From: Rickettsiales bacterium
Lineage (GTDB): Bacteria > Pseudomonadota > Alphaproteobacteria > Rickettsiales > UBA3002
Length of the DNA: 64,000 nt
Direction: 5' to 3'
Assembly: GCA_022763105.1 (NCBI GenBank)
Contig: JALEGK010000011.1
Location: 15,671-79,670, forward strand
Position numbers and translations under genes: made by a program. Shown here piece after piece: positions 46,772-57,191 of the stretch (within the stretch, counting starts at the first letter, position 1; every line of letters starts with the position of its first letter). The notes below the pieces were generated by a model. The model searched no databases. It had not been told where the DNA came from and saw only the letters and a program-made list of their open reading frames with translations.

Positions 46772-47299
46772 CTAGTGGGTTAGACGAACGCTCACCATAC
46801 CAAGATATGACAGCACATGTCCAGCAAAACCTAAAGTTGCAAGCGCATAAATCGCGGCCAGAATATCGTCAAGCATGACACCGAGCGCGCCTTTGATTTT
46901 TCGATCTGCCCAGCTCACCGGCCATGGTTTGACAATGTCAAAAAACCGGAACGCAAAGAAGGCGGCGATATAGACATAGAGAATGGTCTCTTGGGTTGGG
47001 CCTAGCCACATGAGCGGCATAGCGGCGATGGTTAACCACATACCCGCCACTTCATCGATGACGATTTCGCCCGGATCATCCATGCGATTATTGCGATGCA
47101 TGTAGATATGAGATGCCCACCACCCGACGAAGAAAGCCAGAATTGTTGCAGCGCACAATGCAACCATGCCGAGTTCGGTTTGAATAATGTACGCCACTGG
47201 AAGTGCGAAAAAAGAGCCAGATGTGCCTCGCGCTTTGGGCACTAATCCGCTTGTGAACCATGTGACAATGAGAACGATTGGGTGATACCATTTAAGCAT
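46772..47299 (-). CDS. pgpA: phosphatidylglycerophosphatase A
   Basis: GLVPKARGTSGSF...IVIDEVAGMW...FRFFDIVKPWP. Start trimmed to the ATG at 47299. Confidence 0.85.
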   Translation of the reverse strand: MLKWYHPIVLIVTWFTSGLVPKARGTSGSFFALPVAYIIQTELGMVALCAATILAFFVGWWASHIYMHRNNRMDDPGEIVIDEVAGMWLTIAAMPLMWLGPTQETILYVYIAAFFAFRFFDIVKPWPVSWADRKIKGALGVMLDDILAAIYALATLGFAGHVLSYLGMVSVRLTH

Positions 47300-48455
47300 G
47301 CGTCGTCTCTCCTGATGGTACACGTAGAGTAGCAACTGCCTGCGCGGCCATGCCCTCACCTCTTCCGGTGAATCCTAATTTCTCGGTGGTGGTGGCTTTG
47401 ATGCTGATATGGCTGATCGGCACGCCACAAAGTTTTGCAACGCATTTGCGCATCGCCTCGCGGTGTGGGCCGACTTTCGGCTTTTCGCAGATGAGTGTGA
47501 TGTCGAGATGGTCAAGCGTGCCGCCCGCCTCTTGCATGAGCGTGATCGCATGTTCGATAAAAGCTGATGATGGCGCACCCTTCCATTGATCATCAGATGG
47601 TGGGAAATGCTGCCCGATATCTCCGGCACCCAGCGCCCCCAAGATTGCATCGACGGCTGCGTGCAATCCGACATCCGCATCGGAATGTCCTTTGAGTGAT
47701 AACGGCGTGTCGATTTCGATGCCACAAACCATCATCGGCTTATCCGATTCTTCCAGCGCGTGGACATCAAAACCCTGTCCGACTTTGGTGATCAGGTTGG
47801 GGGTGTTGGCCATCATACGGCTCCAATCTTCTGGGGTGGTGAGTTTGGCATTGGTCGCCTCGCCGAGCACGGTATGCACCGGAATGTCGGCAGCCTCTGC
47901 TATCGATGCATCATCCGTCGCATCGCCCGTGAACTCCGCGTGCGCTTTGCAAATCAGATCATAGCGGAAGGCTTGCGGTGTTTGCACGGCGCATAGCTCA
48001 TCGCGCACCAAGGTCTCGGTAATCACGCCTTTGCGCTGACGTTTAATGGTATCGTTGACGGGCAGCACAGGAATGACGGCACGGTGGGTTTGCATCGCTT
48101 CGATAATCCGATCAATCAGTGCGGAGGTAAGCCCCGGGCGTGCCGCATCATGAATGAGGATGATATCCGGCGCTTCATCTTCGAGCGCATCGAGTCCGTT
48201 CTTGACCGATTGTTGTCTGGTGACACCGCCAATGACTGACTCTTTCACATCTAGCCCGTCAATCGCTTTGACATACCATTCCGTATGATCGGCATGGCGC
48301 ACCACGCGCACCGAGTCGATGGCGGGATGGGCAAGCAATGCCTTGACCGAATGACGCAAAACCGGCTGACCATCGAGCATCATGTAGGGTTTGGGCACTT
48401 CGCCGCCCATACGCCTAGAATGGCCGGCTGCCACCACTAAAGCCGCGATTTTCAT
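47292..48455 (-). CDS. ispDF: bifunctional IspD/IspF (MEP cytidylyltransferase / MECDP synthase)
   Basis: AALVVAAGHSRRMGGEVPK (IspD) and GHSDADVGLHA...GDIG (IspF). Start trimmed to the ATG at 48455. Confidence 0.95.
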   Translation of the reverse strand: MKIAALVVAAGHSRRMGGEVPKPYMMLDGQPVLRHSVKALLAHPAIDSVRVVRHADHTEWYVKAIDGLDVKESVIGGVTRQQSVKNGLDALEDEAPDIILIHDAARPGLTSALIDRIIEAMQTHRAVIPVLPVNDTIKRQRKGVITETLVRDELCAVQTPQAFRYDLICKAHAEFTGDATDDASIAEAADIPVHTVLGEATNAKLTTPEDWSRMMANTPNLITKVGQGFDVHALEESDKPMMVCGIEIDTPLSLKGHSDADVGLHAAVDAILGALGAGDIGQHFPPSDDQWKGAPSSAFIEHAITLMQEAGGTLDHLDITLICEKPKVGPHREAMRKCVAKLCGVPISHISIKATTTEKLGFTGRGEGMAAQAVATLRVPSGETTHA

Positions 48456-48571
48456 AGGCTTGGCTCCGTTTGGCCCGCCGGGCGTGAGAATAAAAGATGG
48501 TCCATTTCGTTGAAAATCATTGCATTTTTCGCTATTTTTTCTATGCAAGGCGCATAAATGAGGAGCTAAGC

Positions 48572-49636
48572 ATGAGCGAGAGCCAACCGCAAGTAGAAAT
48601 GAATGAGATGCCACCGCTGAAAAAGCGTGAGATGGCACCGATTCATATTGGCCCGGTTACGCTTGATGCTCCGGTGATTTTAGCACCGATGACCGGCGTG
48701 TCTGATCTGCCGTTCCGCAAGCAAGTGAAGCGCTTTGGCGTGGGCATGGTGGTATCGGAAATGATTGCCAGTCAGGCGGCGATTTTAGAGACGATAAATG
48801 CCGAGCGCATGTCGCGCTTTGAGCCGACTGAGCGTCCATTCTCGATACAGCTTGCTGGTTGCTGCCCAGAAACGATTGCTGAGGCCGCCAAGCTAAATGA
48901 AGGACGCGGCGCTGATATCATTGATTTGAATTTTGGTTGTCCGGTTAAAAAAGTCGTCAATGGTATGGCCGGTTCTGCGCTGATGCGCGAAGAGAAATTA
49001 GCCGCGCAGATTTTAGAGTCTGCGGTAAAGGCGGTCAGCATTCCGGTAACACTCAAAATGCGTATGGGCTGGGATCATGATTCGCTGAATGCGCCGAAGC
49101 TTGCAAAGATTGCCGAAGAAGTCGGCATTAAGATGATTACGATTCATGGGCGCACGCGCTGCCAGATGTATAAAGGCTCTGCCGATTGGGGCTTTGTGCG
49201 CAGCGTGAAGGAAGCGATTGATCTGCCCGTGATTGTCAATGGTGACATCACCGATTTTGAATCGGTCGATCGCGCACTCGATGAATCGGGTGCGGATGGC
49301 GTGATGATTGGTCGCGGCACTTATGGTCGCCCGTGGTTCCCGAATCAGGTGATTCAATATTTAAATGGCGAGCATTGCGCTGCACCGAGCCTGCCAGAGC
49401 AGCTCGATACATTATTAGAGCATTATGATGAGATGCTATCGCTTTATGGCCGCGATGTTGGGGTGCGTGTTGCCCGCAAACATATTGGCTGGTATTCGAA
49501 CGGGCTGCATGGCTCGGCCGAGTTCCGCCGCGCAATGAATGTCATGCATGATGCGAATGAGGTCGCGCAATTCATCACTGATTTTTATAACCGCGTGTTA
49601 GACCATCAAGCCGCCAGCGATGCGGTGATTCACTAA
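48572..49636 (+). CDS. dusB: tRNA-dihydrouridine synthase B (NifR3 family)
   Basis: [21 protein letters not shown] and ITIHGRTR motifs. SD AGGAG at 48561-48565. Confidence 0.9.
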   Translation: MSESQPQVEMNEMPPLKKREMAPIHIGPVTLDAPVILAPMTGVSDLPFRKQVKRFGVGMVVSEMIASQAAILETINAERMSRFEPTERPFSIQLAGCCPETIAEAAKLNEGRGADIIDLNFGCPVKKVVNGMAGSALMREEKLAAQILESAVKAVSIPVTLKMRMGWDHDSLNAPKLAKIAEEVGIKMITIHGRTRCQMYKGSADWGFVRSVKEAIDLPVIVNGDITDFESVDRALDESGADGVMIGRGTYGRPWFPNQVIQYLNGEHCAAPSLPEQLDTLLEHYDEMLSLYGRDVGVRVARKHIGWYSNGLHGSAEFRRAMNVMHDANEVAQFITDFYNRVLDHQAASDAVIH

Positions 49637-49640
49637 TCCC

Positions 49641-50423
49641 ATGACCGCGCTATTACCTGAGGACGATCAGGCGTCGCTTCGCACTTACGAGAAGCCCGCG
49701 CTGCACGCCACGCATGATATTACCCCGTCAGCCTCGCTCATGGCTGCCATGCTTGCGCATGAAATTAAAAACCCGCTTTCCGGTATTCGTGGTGCGGCGC
49801 AGCTGCTTGCACAGAATGTGTCGAAGGACGATCAGGCGCTCACCGAGCTGATCTGCCGTGAGGTGGACCGCATTAGCGGCTTGCTGAAAAAGATCGAATT
49901 CTTCTCGAACCAACCCGTACCGTGCGATCAGGCCGTGAATATTCACGAGGTGCTGATGGATGTGTGCGAACTGACGCAATCACAGCGCGACACGAAGATT
50001 AGCTTTGCGACACAATATGACCCGTCACTCCCCGAAGTGCGCGGCGATCGGGCGCTGCTGACCCAACTCTTTATGAATCTGGTGCAAAATGCGATTGAGG
50101 CATGCCTGTCTGAAGGCGTTGTGCCCGACATTAAACTCGGCACGCATTACCAGATCAACCACACGTTTCGTATGCATAAAAGCGAAGGCGAGCTGCGCGC
50201 TTTGCCAATCGCAATCACGGTGGAAGATAATGGTGGCGGCCTAGATCCGGCGATTGTCGATGCCATGTTTGACCCGTTTGTGACCACCAAAACATCGGGC
50301 ACGGGCTTGGGTCTGGCGATTGTCGCCAAGATCGTGGGTGAGCATGGCGGGATGATCTCGCTGGAGCCACCTGATGCAGGAACTACACGCTTTAAGGTCA
50401 TGCTGCCCGCTTTTCGTGGCTAA
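49641..50423 (+). CDS. ntrB: NtrB-like histidine kinase lacking an N-terminal sensor domain
   Basis: H-box LAHEIKNPLSGIRGAAQLL at residue ~38; N-box NLVQNAIEA; G-box TSGTGLGLAIV. Only 260 aa. Confidence 0.85.
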   Translation: MTALLPEDDQASLRTYEKPALHATHDITPSASLMAAMLAHEIKNPLSGIRGAAQLLAQNVSKDDQALTELICREVDRISGLLKKIEFFSNQPVPCDQAVNIHEVLMDVCELTQSQRDTKISFATQYDPSLPEVRGDRALLTQLFMNLVQNAIEACLSEGVVPDIKLGTHYQINHTFRMHKSEGELRALPIAITVEDNGGGLDPAIVDAMFDPFVTTKTSGTGLGLAIVAKIVGEHGGMISLEPPDAGTTRFKVMLPAFRG

Positions 50424-50492
50424 ATCGCGCAGAAGCCCTTGCCTTTTGCCGTGCCCTCCACTAGCCTGCCTAAAAATTAGGCAAAGCAAGCA

Positions 50493-51962
50493 ATGAGCGA
50501 CACGAAAAAACCCACTATATTAATCGCGGATGACGATGAGGCAATTGGCGTTGTTTTAAGCCAAGCGTTGCGCCGCGCCGGTTACGAGCCGATGGTCACG
50601 CACAACCTCCCCACCCTTATGGAATGGGTTGAGGAAGGACTTGGCGATGTCGTGATTACAGACATTATGATGCCCTCTGGCAACGGGCTAGATGCGCTGC
50701 CCGTGATTCAGAAGATGCGCCCTGAGCTGCCCATTATTGTCATTAGCGCGCAGAATTCTTTAATGACGGCCGTGAAAACCAACGAGCTGGGCGCGTTTGA
50801 TTATTTGCCCAAGCCGTTTGATTTAGATGATGTGATTGCAAGCGTTGGTCGTGCATTGTCAGACCAGCCGCATGAACCAGAGCAGCCCACCACGCTTGAA
50901 GGGCTGGATGATGACGCCGCTTTGATCGGCCATTCGGCGAGCATGCAAGATGTGTTCAAAGTGATTGCACGGCTGATCCATAATGATCTGATGGTGATGG
51001 TGCATGGTGAATCGGGCACGGGCAAAGAGATGGTCGCGCGCGCGCTTCACAAGCTTAGCCCTCGCAAGGATGCGCCGTTTATTGTCGTCAATATGGCCTC
51101 TATCCCCGAAGATCAGATTGAGCGCGAATTGTTTGGCGATGCCAACCATGAAGGCCGCTTTTTGCAAGCTAAAGGCGGCACACTCTATCTTGATGAAGTC
51201 GGTGATATGCCTGCTGCCGCGCAAAACCATCTGCTACGCATTTTGCAGCAGGGTGATTCCGAGCAGGCCGATGTGCGTATTATCAGCTCCACGCATCGCG
51301 ATTTAGAAAGCATGATTCGCGATGGTAGCTTCCGCGAGGATTTATATTACCGTCTCAATGTGGTGCCGGTGCGCATTCCGCCACTGCGTGATCGCCGCGA
51401 TGACATTCCAGAATTGGTGCAGCATTTTCTGCATAAGGCGACCGGCAAAGGCTTGCCGAAAAAGCAGCTAGAAGATGCCGCGCTGAATGTGATGCATGGA
51501 CATGATTGGCCGGGCAATGTTCGCGAGTTAGAGAATTTAATTTACCGACTCTGCGCCCTATGTTCTGCCAGCACCGTAGATGCCGAAATGGTCTCGCAAG
51601 AATTGCGTCAGGCCGCGCCGATTCCATCGAGTGATGCTTCTTCTAATGTTGAAACACTCAGCTACAGCAAGGCCACCAAAGCCATGCCGAATCAGGCACG
51701 TGGCGGGCTAGAGCATGATATTCATAATCATCTGCGCGCTTATTTTGATGCGCATCCGCATGCATTACCGCCTGATGGTTTATATGATCGCGTGTTAGAA
51801 GTGGTGGAGCGTCCACTGATTGAAGAGACGTTGCGCGCTACCGATGGCAATCAATTGCGTGCAGCCAAAGTGCTTGGCATTAACCGCAATACGCTGCGCA
51901 AGAAAATCACCCAACTTGGCATTGGCCGCGCGCGCCGCGAAATGCTCAGACGACAGGCATAG
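50493..51962 (+). CDS. ntrC: sigma-54-dependent response regulator NtrC
   Basis: REC (ILIADDD...VITDIMMP), AAA+ (GESGTGKE, ...YLDEVGDM) and Fis-type HTH (NQLRAAKVLGINRNTLRKKI). Confidence 0.95.
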   Translation: MSDTKKPTILIADDDEAIGVVLSQALRRAGYEPMVTHNLPTLMEWVEEGLGDVVITDIMMPSGNGLDALPVIQKMRPELPIIVISAQNSLMTAVKTNELGAFDYLPKPFDLDDVIASVGRALSDQPHEPEQPTTLEGLDDDAALIGHSASMQDVFKVIARLIHNDLMVMVHGESGTGKEMVARALHKLSPRKDAPFIVVNMASIPEDQIERELFGDANHEGRFLQAKGGTLYLDEVGDMPAAAQNHLLRILQQGDSEQADVRIISSTHRDLESMIRDGSFREDLYYRLNVVPVRIPPLRDRRDDIPELVQHFLHKATGKGLPKKQLEDAALNVMHGHDWPGNVRELENLIYRLCALCSASTVDAEMVSQELRQAAPIPSSDASSNVETLSYSKATKAMPNQARGGLEHDIHNHLRAYFDAHPHALPPDGLYDRVLEVVERPLIEETLRATDGNQLRAAKVLGINRNTLRKKITQLGIGRARREMLRRQA

Positions 51963-51964
51963 GT

Positions 51965-54199
51965 ATGAGCAGCGTGGCAACCCCTGTGAACGAACCGGAT
52001 CATTTAAGCCATATTCCGAAATGGTTTAAAAAACTGCGCCCTTCAAAAGTGATGGCGGTAGCACTAGCCATTGCTGTGCTTAGCTCTGGTGTGGCGGTAT
52101 GGTTTGCCATTTCATCTGCTGAAACACCGCTGAGCACGACCTCGCAAACACTCACGACGCTAAGTCTGATAAATGCCGGTCTGCTGGTTATCTTATTCTT
52201 CCTGATTGGTCGCCGTGTGCTGGGGTTGTGGCGCACCATGCGCGCCGGTGAAGTAGGCTCGCGCCTGCAAACACGTATTGTGCTGGTGTTTGGTTTGGTG
52301 ACGATTATTCCGACCATTATGGTCTCGCTCTTTTCTGGCCTGCTCTTTCATTTCGGTATTCAAAGCTGGTTTGATGACCGCATTGCCACCGCACTGGAAA
52401 AATCGGTCGCGGTAGCAGAAGTCTATTTAGATGAGCATAAAGAAACGATTCGCGCCGATGCGCTGGCGATGGCGAATGACATTCGCCGTGAGTTGCCAGT
52501 GCTGATGACCGCACCACATAATTTTCAGCAGATCATTGATGCGCAGGCTGCGCTTCGTAACCTGACAGAGGCCATTGTCTTTACACCTAAGCGTGTGGTG
52601 GCGCGTACGCAGCTAAGCTTCTCGCTCACCTTTGAGCGCTTACCCAGCCATGTGATGGAGCAGGTTGATGTCGGCGATATTGTGATTCTGGCGGATGAAG
52701 ATAATAAAATCCGCGCCGTGCTCAAGCTTGATGATCTGGCAGATGTCTATTTAATGATTGGCCGAATTGTGGATTCGAAAGTCATCGACCATATGTTGGT
52801 GAGTCAGGGCGCGGTGAATGAATATCGCAAGCTACGTGGTGACATTACCGATATTCAGTTCCAATTCTCGCTGCTCTTTGTGCTGGTTGCCTTGCTCTTG
52901 CTGCTCTCTGCAATCTGGTACGGTATCTATGTAGCCATTGAATTGATCGTACCGATTACCCGCCTTATCTCGGCGGCTGAGCAAGTACGCGCCGGTGATT
53001 TTGATACGCGTGTGCCGGTAAGTGGCAAGGAAGATGAGCTTTCTCAGCTCGCGCGCACCTTTAACCGCATGACCTCGCAGCTCAGCAAACAGCGTAGCGA
53101 GCTGGTTGAAGCGAACCGTCAGCTTGATATGCGTCGTCGCTTTACCGAGGCGATTTTTGCTGGCGTATCCGCCGGAGTAGTCGCGCTTGATCGCGAATTC
53201 ACCATTTCGCTCAATAACCGTACCGCCGCCGAGTTGTTACAAAACGACCCGCAGCAATCGCTCAAAGGCATGCCGATTAAGGCGCTGATGCCCGATATTG
53301 CTGAACTGCTAAAAAATGCCAGCTCAATGGATGGCGGTCAGGCTGAGGCGAATGTCACCTTCTTGCGCGGCGAGAAGAAGCTGAACTTACATGTGCGGGT
53401 GACGGCGGAGCTGAATGATAAAGATATTGAAGGCTATATTGTTACCTTTGACGATATTACCGAGCTGGTCTCTGCCCAGCGAAGCGCGGCATGGGCCGAT
53501 GTTGCCAAGCGTATCGCCCATGAGATTAAAAACCCGCTCACGCCGATTACGCTGTCTGTGGAGCGCCTGCGCCGTAAATATATGGAGCAGTTGGAGTCGG
53601 AAGAAGACCGCGAATCATTTAAACGCTACACTGATACGATTGCACGCCACACAGCCGATATCGGCCAGATGGTGGAGGAGTTTGTCTCGTTTGCGCGCAT
53701 GCCAGCGGCCGTTATGGTCGAGCATGACATTACCAACACGCTGCGCGATGCCGTCTTTTCGGCGCGCACCGCCTTCCCTGATGTCGTTTACAGCTCCGAT
53801 ATTCCAAAAGATGGGCTGATTATGAAATGTGATGAGCGTCAATTGGGCCAATTGATGACGAATCTGCTGAAAAATGCCGCGGAAGGTATCGAATCGCGCT
53901 TCGAAGAGGAGCCAGATGGGCCAAAAGGTGAAGTTAGCCTGAACGTTACGTCGGCAAAGAGCGCATTGGTCATCACGATTGAAGATAATGGCATCGGATT
54001 CCCCGCTGATAAGATCAATCAATTGACCGAACCCTATGTCACCACCCGTGCAAAAGGCACCGGGTTGGGGCTCGCTATCGTTAAGAAGCATGTGGAAGCC
54101 CATAAGGGCACCTTGACACTTGAAAACCGTGAAAGCGGCGGTGCGCGTGTGATTCTACGTTTTGCTAAACGCAAAAAGGACGCCGAGGCCACAGGGTGA
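51965..54199 (+). CDS. ntrY: sensor histidine kinase NtrY
   Basis: N-terminal TM segments, HAMP, PAS, H-box IAHEIKNPLTPI, G-box GTGLGLAIV. Confidence 0.9.
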   Translation: MSSVATPVNEPDHLSHIPKWFKKLRPSKVMAVALAIAVLSSGVAVWFAISSAETPLSTTSQTLTTLSLINAGLLVILFFLIGRRVLGLWRTMRAGEVGSRLQTRIVLVFGLVTIIPTIMVSLFSGLLFHFGIQSWFDDRIATALEKSVAVAEVYLDEHKETIRADALAMANDIRRELPVLMTAPHNFQQIIDAQAALRNLTEAIVFTPKRVVARTQLSFSLTFERLPSHVMEQVDVGDIVILADEDNKIRAVLKLDDLADVYLMIGRIVDSKVIDHMLVSQGAVNEYRKLRGDITDIQFQFSLLFVLVALLLLLSAIWYGIYVAIELIVPITRLISAAEQVRAGDFDTRVPVSGKEDELSQLARTFNRMTSQLSKQRSELVEANRQLDMRRRFTEAIFAGVSAGVVALDREFTISLNNRTAAELLQNDPQQSLKGMPIKALMPDIAELLKNASSMDGGQAEANVTFLRGEKKLNLHVRVTAELNDKDIEGYIVTFDDITELVSAQRSAAWADVAKRIAHEIKNPLTPITLSVERLRRKYMEQLESEEDRESFKRYTDTIARHTADIGQMVEEFVSFARMPAAVMVEHDITNTLRDAVFSARTAFPDVVYSSDIPKDGLIMKCDERQLGQLMTNLLKNAAEGIESRFEEEPDGPKGEVSLNVTSAKSALVITIEDNGIGFPADKINQLTEPYVTTRAKGTGLGLAIVKKHVEAHKGTLTLENRESGGARVILRFAKRKKDAEATG

Positions 54200-54352
54200 T
54201 GCTGCTCTGCAATGCAGATTATCCACAGCGTGACGTTTTTGCATCACTTTGTGCTTGCTATTCCAATCAAATGTTGTAGCATTTGTGCAACAACAAAATA
54301 ACACCCATCGGCAAAGATGTGTAACTCCAATTGATTAGAAGGAGCGGTGCAG

Positions 54353-55759
54353 ATGAATCTTGATATTCTCGTCATTGACGATGAGTCTGACATTACTTCC
54401 CTTATTTCCGACATTCTCTCAGATGAAAAATTCAATGTACGCGTTGCTAATAATAGTGACACCGCATTGAAGGCGCTGGCTGAGCGTGTGCCGTCGGCGA
54501 TTATCCTAGATATCTGGCTACAAGGTAGCGAGCTGGACGGGCTGGGCATTTTAGAGCGTGTTCAAGCGAAATACCCGCATGTACCGGTGATTATGATTTC
54601 CGGTCACGGTAATATTGAGACCGCTGTATCGGCGATTAAGCTGGGTGCGTATGACTTTATCGAGAAGCCATTCACCAGCGAACGCCTATTGCTTGTACTT
54701 AAACATGCGCTGGAAACCGCCCTGCTGAGACTTGAGAATCGTGAGCTACGCCTGCGTGGCAAGCCAGAGACCGAGTTGATCGGTGGTTCGACCGCTATTA
54801 CCAATGTGCGTCAGATGATTGAGAAAGTCGCACCAACCAATAGCCGCGTACTGCTAACCGGTGCGCCGGGTACAGGCAAGGAAGTGATTGCGCGTCTGGT
54901 TCACTCGAAGTCGCATCGTGCACGTAATAAGTTCGTGGTACTGAATGCTGCAAGCATCTCGCCTTCACGCGTGGAGCAAGAGTTGTTCGGTGTCGAAGAT
55001 CCGAATCCGAATGGTGGTGCAGAAAAAGTGGGCATGCTAGAACGTGCACATGGCGGCACCCTATTCATTGATGAAGTCGCTGACATGCACCTAGAAACGC
55101 AAAGCCGTTTCCTTCGTGCACTTCAGGCGCAGACCTTCACCCGCGTGCATGGTAGCAAGCAGATTGAGGTCGATGTGCGCGTGATTGCCGCAACCAATAA
55201 AGACCTTCAGGCCGAGATCGCCGCGGGCCGTTTCCGTGAAGATCTGTATTACCGCTTGAACGTGGTACCGTTAAAAGTACCTAGCCTTCAGGAGCGACGC
55301 GATGATATTCCTGATCTGTGTCATTATTTCGTGCGCCGTGCCGCTGAGCTTTCGGGCCTGCGCGAGCGTCGCCTGTCAGAAGATGCAGTGGCAGTGCTTC
55401 AAGCTTATAATTGGCCGGGCAATGTGCGCCATCTTCGCAATATCATGGAATGGCTGCTGATCATGACGCCGGGTAACCCGCAAGAGCCGATTAAGGCAGA
55501 TCATTTGCCGCCGGAATTGTTCAGCACTAACCGTGCGGTAGTGTCACCTGAAATGAACAGCGATATTATGTCTATGCCATTGCGTGAAGCACGTGAGATG
55601 TTTGAAAAACAGTATCTTGCGGCGCAAATCAACCGCTTTGGTGGCAATATCTCGAAAACCTCCCACTTCGTTGGAATGGAGCGTTCTGCTTTACATCGTA
55701 AGCTAAAAATGCTTGGTATCCATAACGAAGATAAAGAGAAAGCAGTAGCCGCCGCGTAA
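54353..55759 (+). CDS. ntrX: response regulator NtrX
   Basis: REC (ILVIDDE...ILDIWL), AAA+-like (GAPGTGKE) and a C-terminal HTH. The ATG at 54353 is preferred (SD AAGGAG, 8 nt upstream). Confidence 0.9.
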   Translation: MNLDILVIDDESDITSLISDILSDEKFNVRVANNSDTALKALAERVPSAIILDIWLQGSELDGLGILERVQAKYPHVPVIMISGHGNIETAVSAIKLGAYDFIEKPFTSERLLLVLKHALETALLRLENRELRLRGKPETELIGGSTAITNVRQMIEKVAPTNSRVLLTGAPGTGKEVIARLVHSKSHRARNKFVVLNAASISPSRVEQELFGVEDPNPNGGAEKVGMLERAHGGTLFIDEVADMHLETQSRFLRALQAQTFTRVHGSKQIEVDVRVIAATNKDLQAEIAAGRFREDLYYRLNVVPLKVPSLQERRDDIPDLCHYFVRRAAELSGLRERRLSEDAVAVLQAYNWPGNVRHLRNIMEWLLIMTPGNPQEPIKADHLPPELFSTNRAVVSPEMNSDIMSMPLREAREMFEKQYLAAQINRFGGNISKTSHFVGMERSALHRKLKMLGIHNEDKEKAVAAA

Positions 55760-55811
55760 GCTTCGTGCTTGCCGCTCACGCTCACCGCTTTCATCACTTA
55801 GGGAGCACAGC

Positions 55812-57191
55812 ATGCGCATTTTGATCTGTGGGGCCGGTCAGGTCGGCTACTCGATTGCGCGACAGCTTAGCCGCGAAGATAATGAAATCACGGTGATCGA
55901 CTACAAGCCGGAGTTGATTCAGAAGATCAATGACAATCTGGATTGTACGGCGCTGCTTGGTCATGCATCGCACCCTAGTGTGCTGAAGCAAGCGGGCGCA
56001 GAAGATGCCGATTTGCTGATTGCGGTGACCTATTCCGATGAGGTGAATATGGTGGCGTGCCAGATTGGCTACTCACTGTTCAACATTCCAACGCGTATTG
56101 CCCGCATCCGTAATCAGGATTATCTGAATCCGGATTGGTCGAGCCTGTATGCGAATGACCAGCTCGCACTGAATGTCATCATCTCACCAGAGATTGAGGT
56201 GGCGCGCGCGATCTTGCGTCGTCTGCATGCGCCCGGCACGCTTGATATGATTCCATTTGCGGATGATCGCGTGCGTGTGGTCGCGATTCATTGCGATGAG
56301 AATTGTCCGGTATTGAATCTGCCTGTCTCTATCATCAAGCAGCGAGCGCCTGAATTGATGATGAATGTCATTGGCCTTGTACAGGATGGTCGCTTCGTAA
56401 CGGCCAATAAAGACACCGTCATTCGCTCAGGTGATTCTGTTTATTTCATCTGCGACAGCAAAGATATGCGCGCCACCATGTCACTATTCGGCCATGATGA
56501 ATGTGAAGCACGTCGCGCGATCATTCTGGGTGGCGGTAATATCGGCATGTTTTTGGCGCAGGAAGTTGAGCAAGACCAAAAGCATGATCTGCGCGTGAAG
56601 ATGATTGAATATGATCGCAAGCGCGCCGAGTTTTTGGCCACACATCTCGACAAAACCCCTATCCTGTGCGGTAGCGCGCTGGACCGCGAGATTTTGAGCG
56701 AAGCGAGTATTGAACACACCGAAACGGTGATTGCAGTCACCAATGATGACGAAACCAATATTCTGGCATCGCTGCTTGCAAAGCGTTTTGGTGCCGAGCG
56801 CTCGATTGCGCTGGTAAACAACGCCACTTACGCGCCGCTACTTGGTGCGCTGGGTGTTGACGTAACCGTGAATCCGCGTGAGACGACGGTGTCTCGCATT
56901 TTAGAGCATGTGCGTCGTGGTAAAATTTCTGCGGTGCATGCGATCTTTGATGGCGCAGCAGAAATTATTGAAGCCGAAGTGATGGCGAGTTCCTCATTGG
57001 CGGGTAAGACGCTCGCGCAGATCAAGCTGCCAAGCGGCATTGTCTTTGGCGCGTTGCTACGCAAGGATGATTTGATCATCCCCGATGACAACACCATCCT
57101 GCATGAAGGCGATCATATCTTTATTCTGGCGACGGCCAAAATGGTGCGCAAGGTCGAGAAAACCTTCTCGGTCAGCATCGACTTTTTCTAG
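55812..57191 (+). CDS. trkA: Trk system potassium uptake protein TrkA
   Basis: Two RCK/NAD-binding modules ([12 protein letters not shown]; [10 protein letters not shown]). Confidence 0.95.
   Translation: MRILICGAGQVGYSIARQLSREDNEITVIDYKPELIQKINDNLDCTALLGHASHPSVLKQAGAEDADLLIAVTYSDEVNMVACQIGYSLFNIPTRIARIRNQDYLNPDWSSLYANDQLALNVIISPEIEVARAILRRLHAPGTLDMIPFADDRVRVVAIHCDENCPVLNLPVSIIKQRAPELMMNVIGLVQDGRFVTANKDTVIRSGDSVYFICDSKDMRATMSLFGHDECEARRAIILGGGNIGMFLAQEVEQDQKHDLRVKMIEYDRKRAEFLATHLDKTPILCGSALDREILSEASIEHTETVIAVTNDDETNILASLLAKRFGAERSIALVNNATYAPLLGALGVDVTVNPRETTVSRILEHVRRGKISAVHAIFDGAAEIIEAEVMASSSLAGKTLAQIKLPSGIVFGALLRKDDLIIPDDNTILHEGDHIFILATAKMVRKVEKTFSVSIDFF

Noticed and set aside
47292-48638. 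Long N-terminal extensions in track ORFs (ispDF to 48638, tlpA to 13883, pgpA to 47359, amt from 29528, MCP from 1868, tolC to 61877, lolA to 36570)
   Set aside because: The extensions overlap neighbouring genes or lack an SD. Internal starts with an SD, a signal peptide or a family-typical N-terminus were preferred.
54206-54218. Palindrome TCTGCA-A-TGCAGA just after the ntrY stop, as a terminator or NtrX operator
   Set aside because: It forms only a 5-bp stem with a 3-nt loop and has no adjacent T-tract. I recall no known consensus that matches it.
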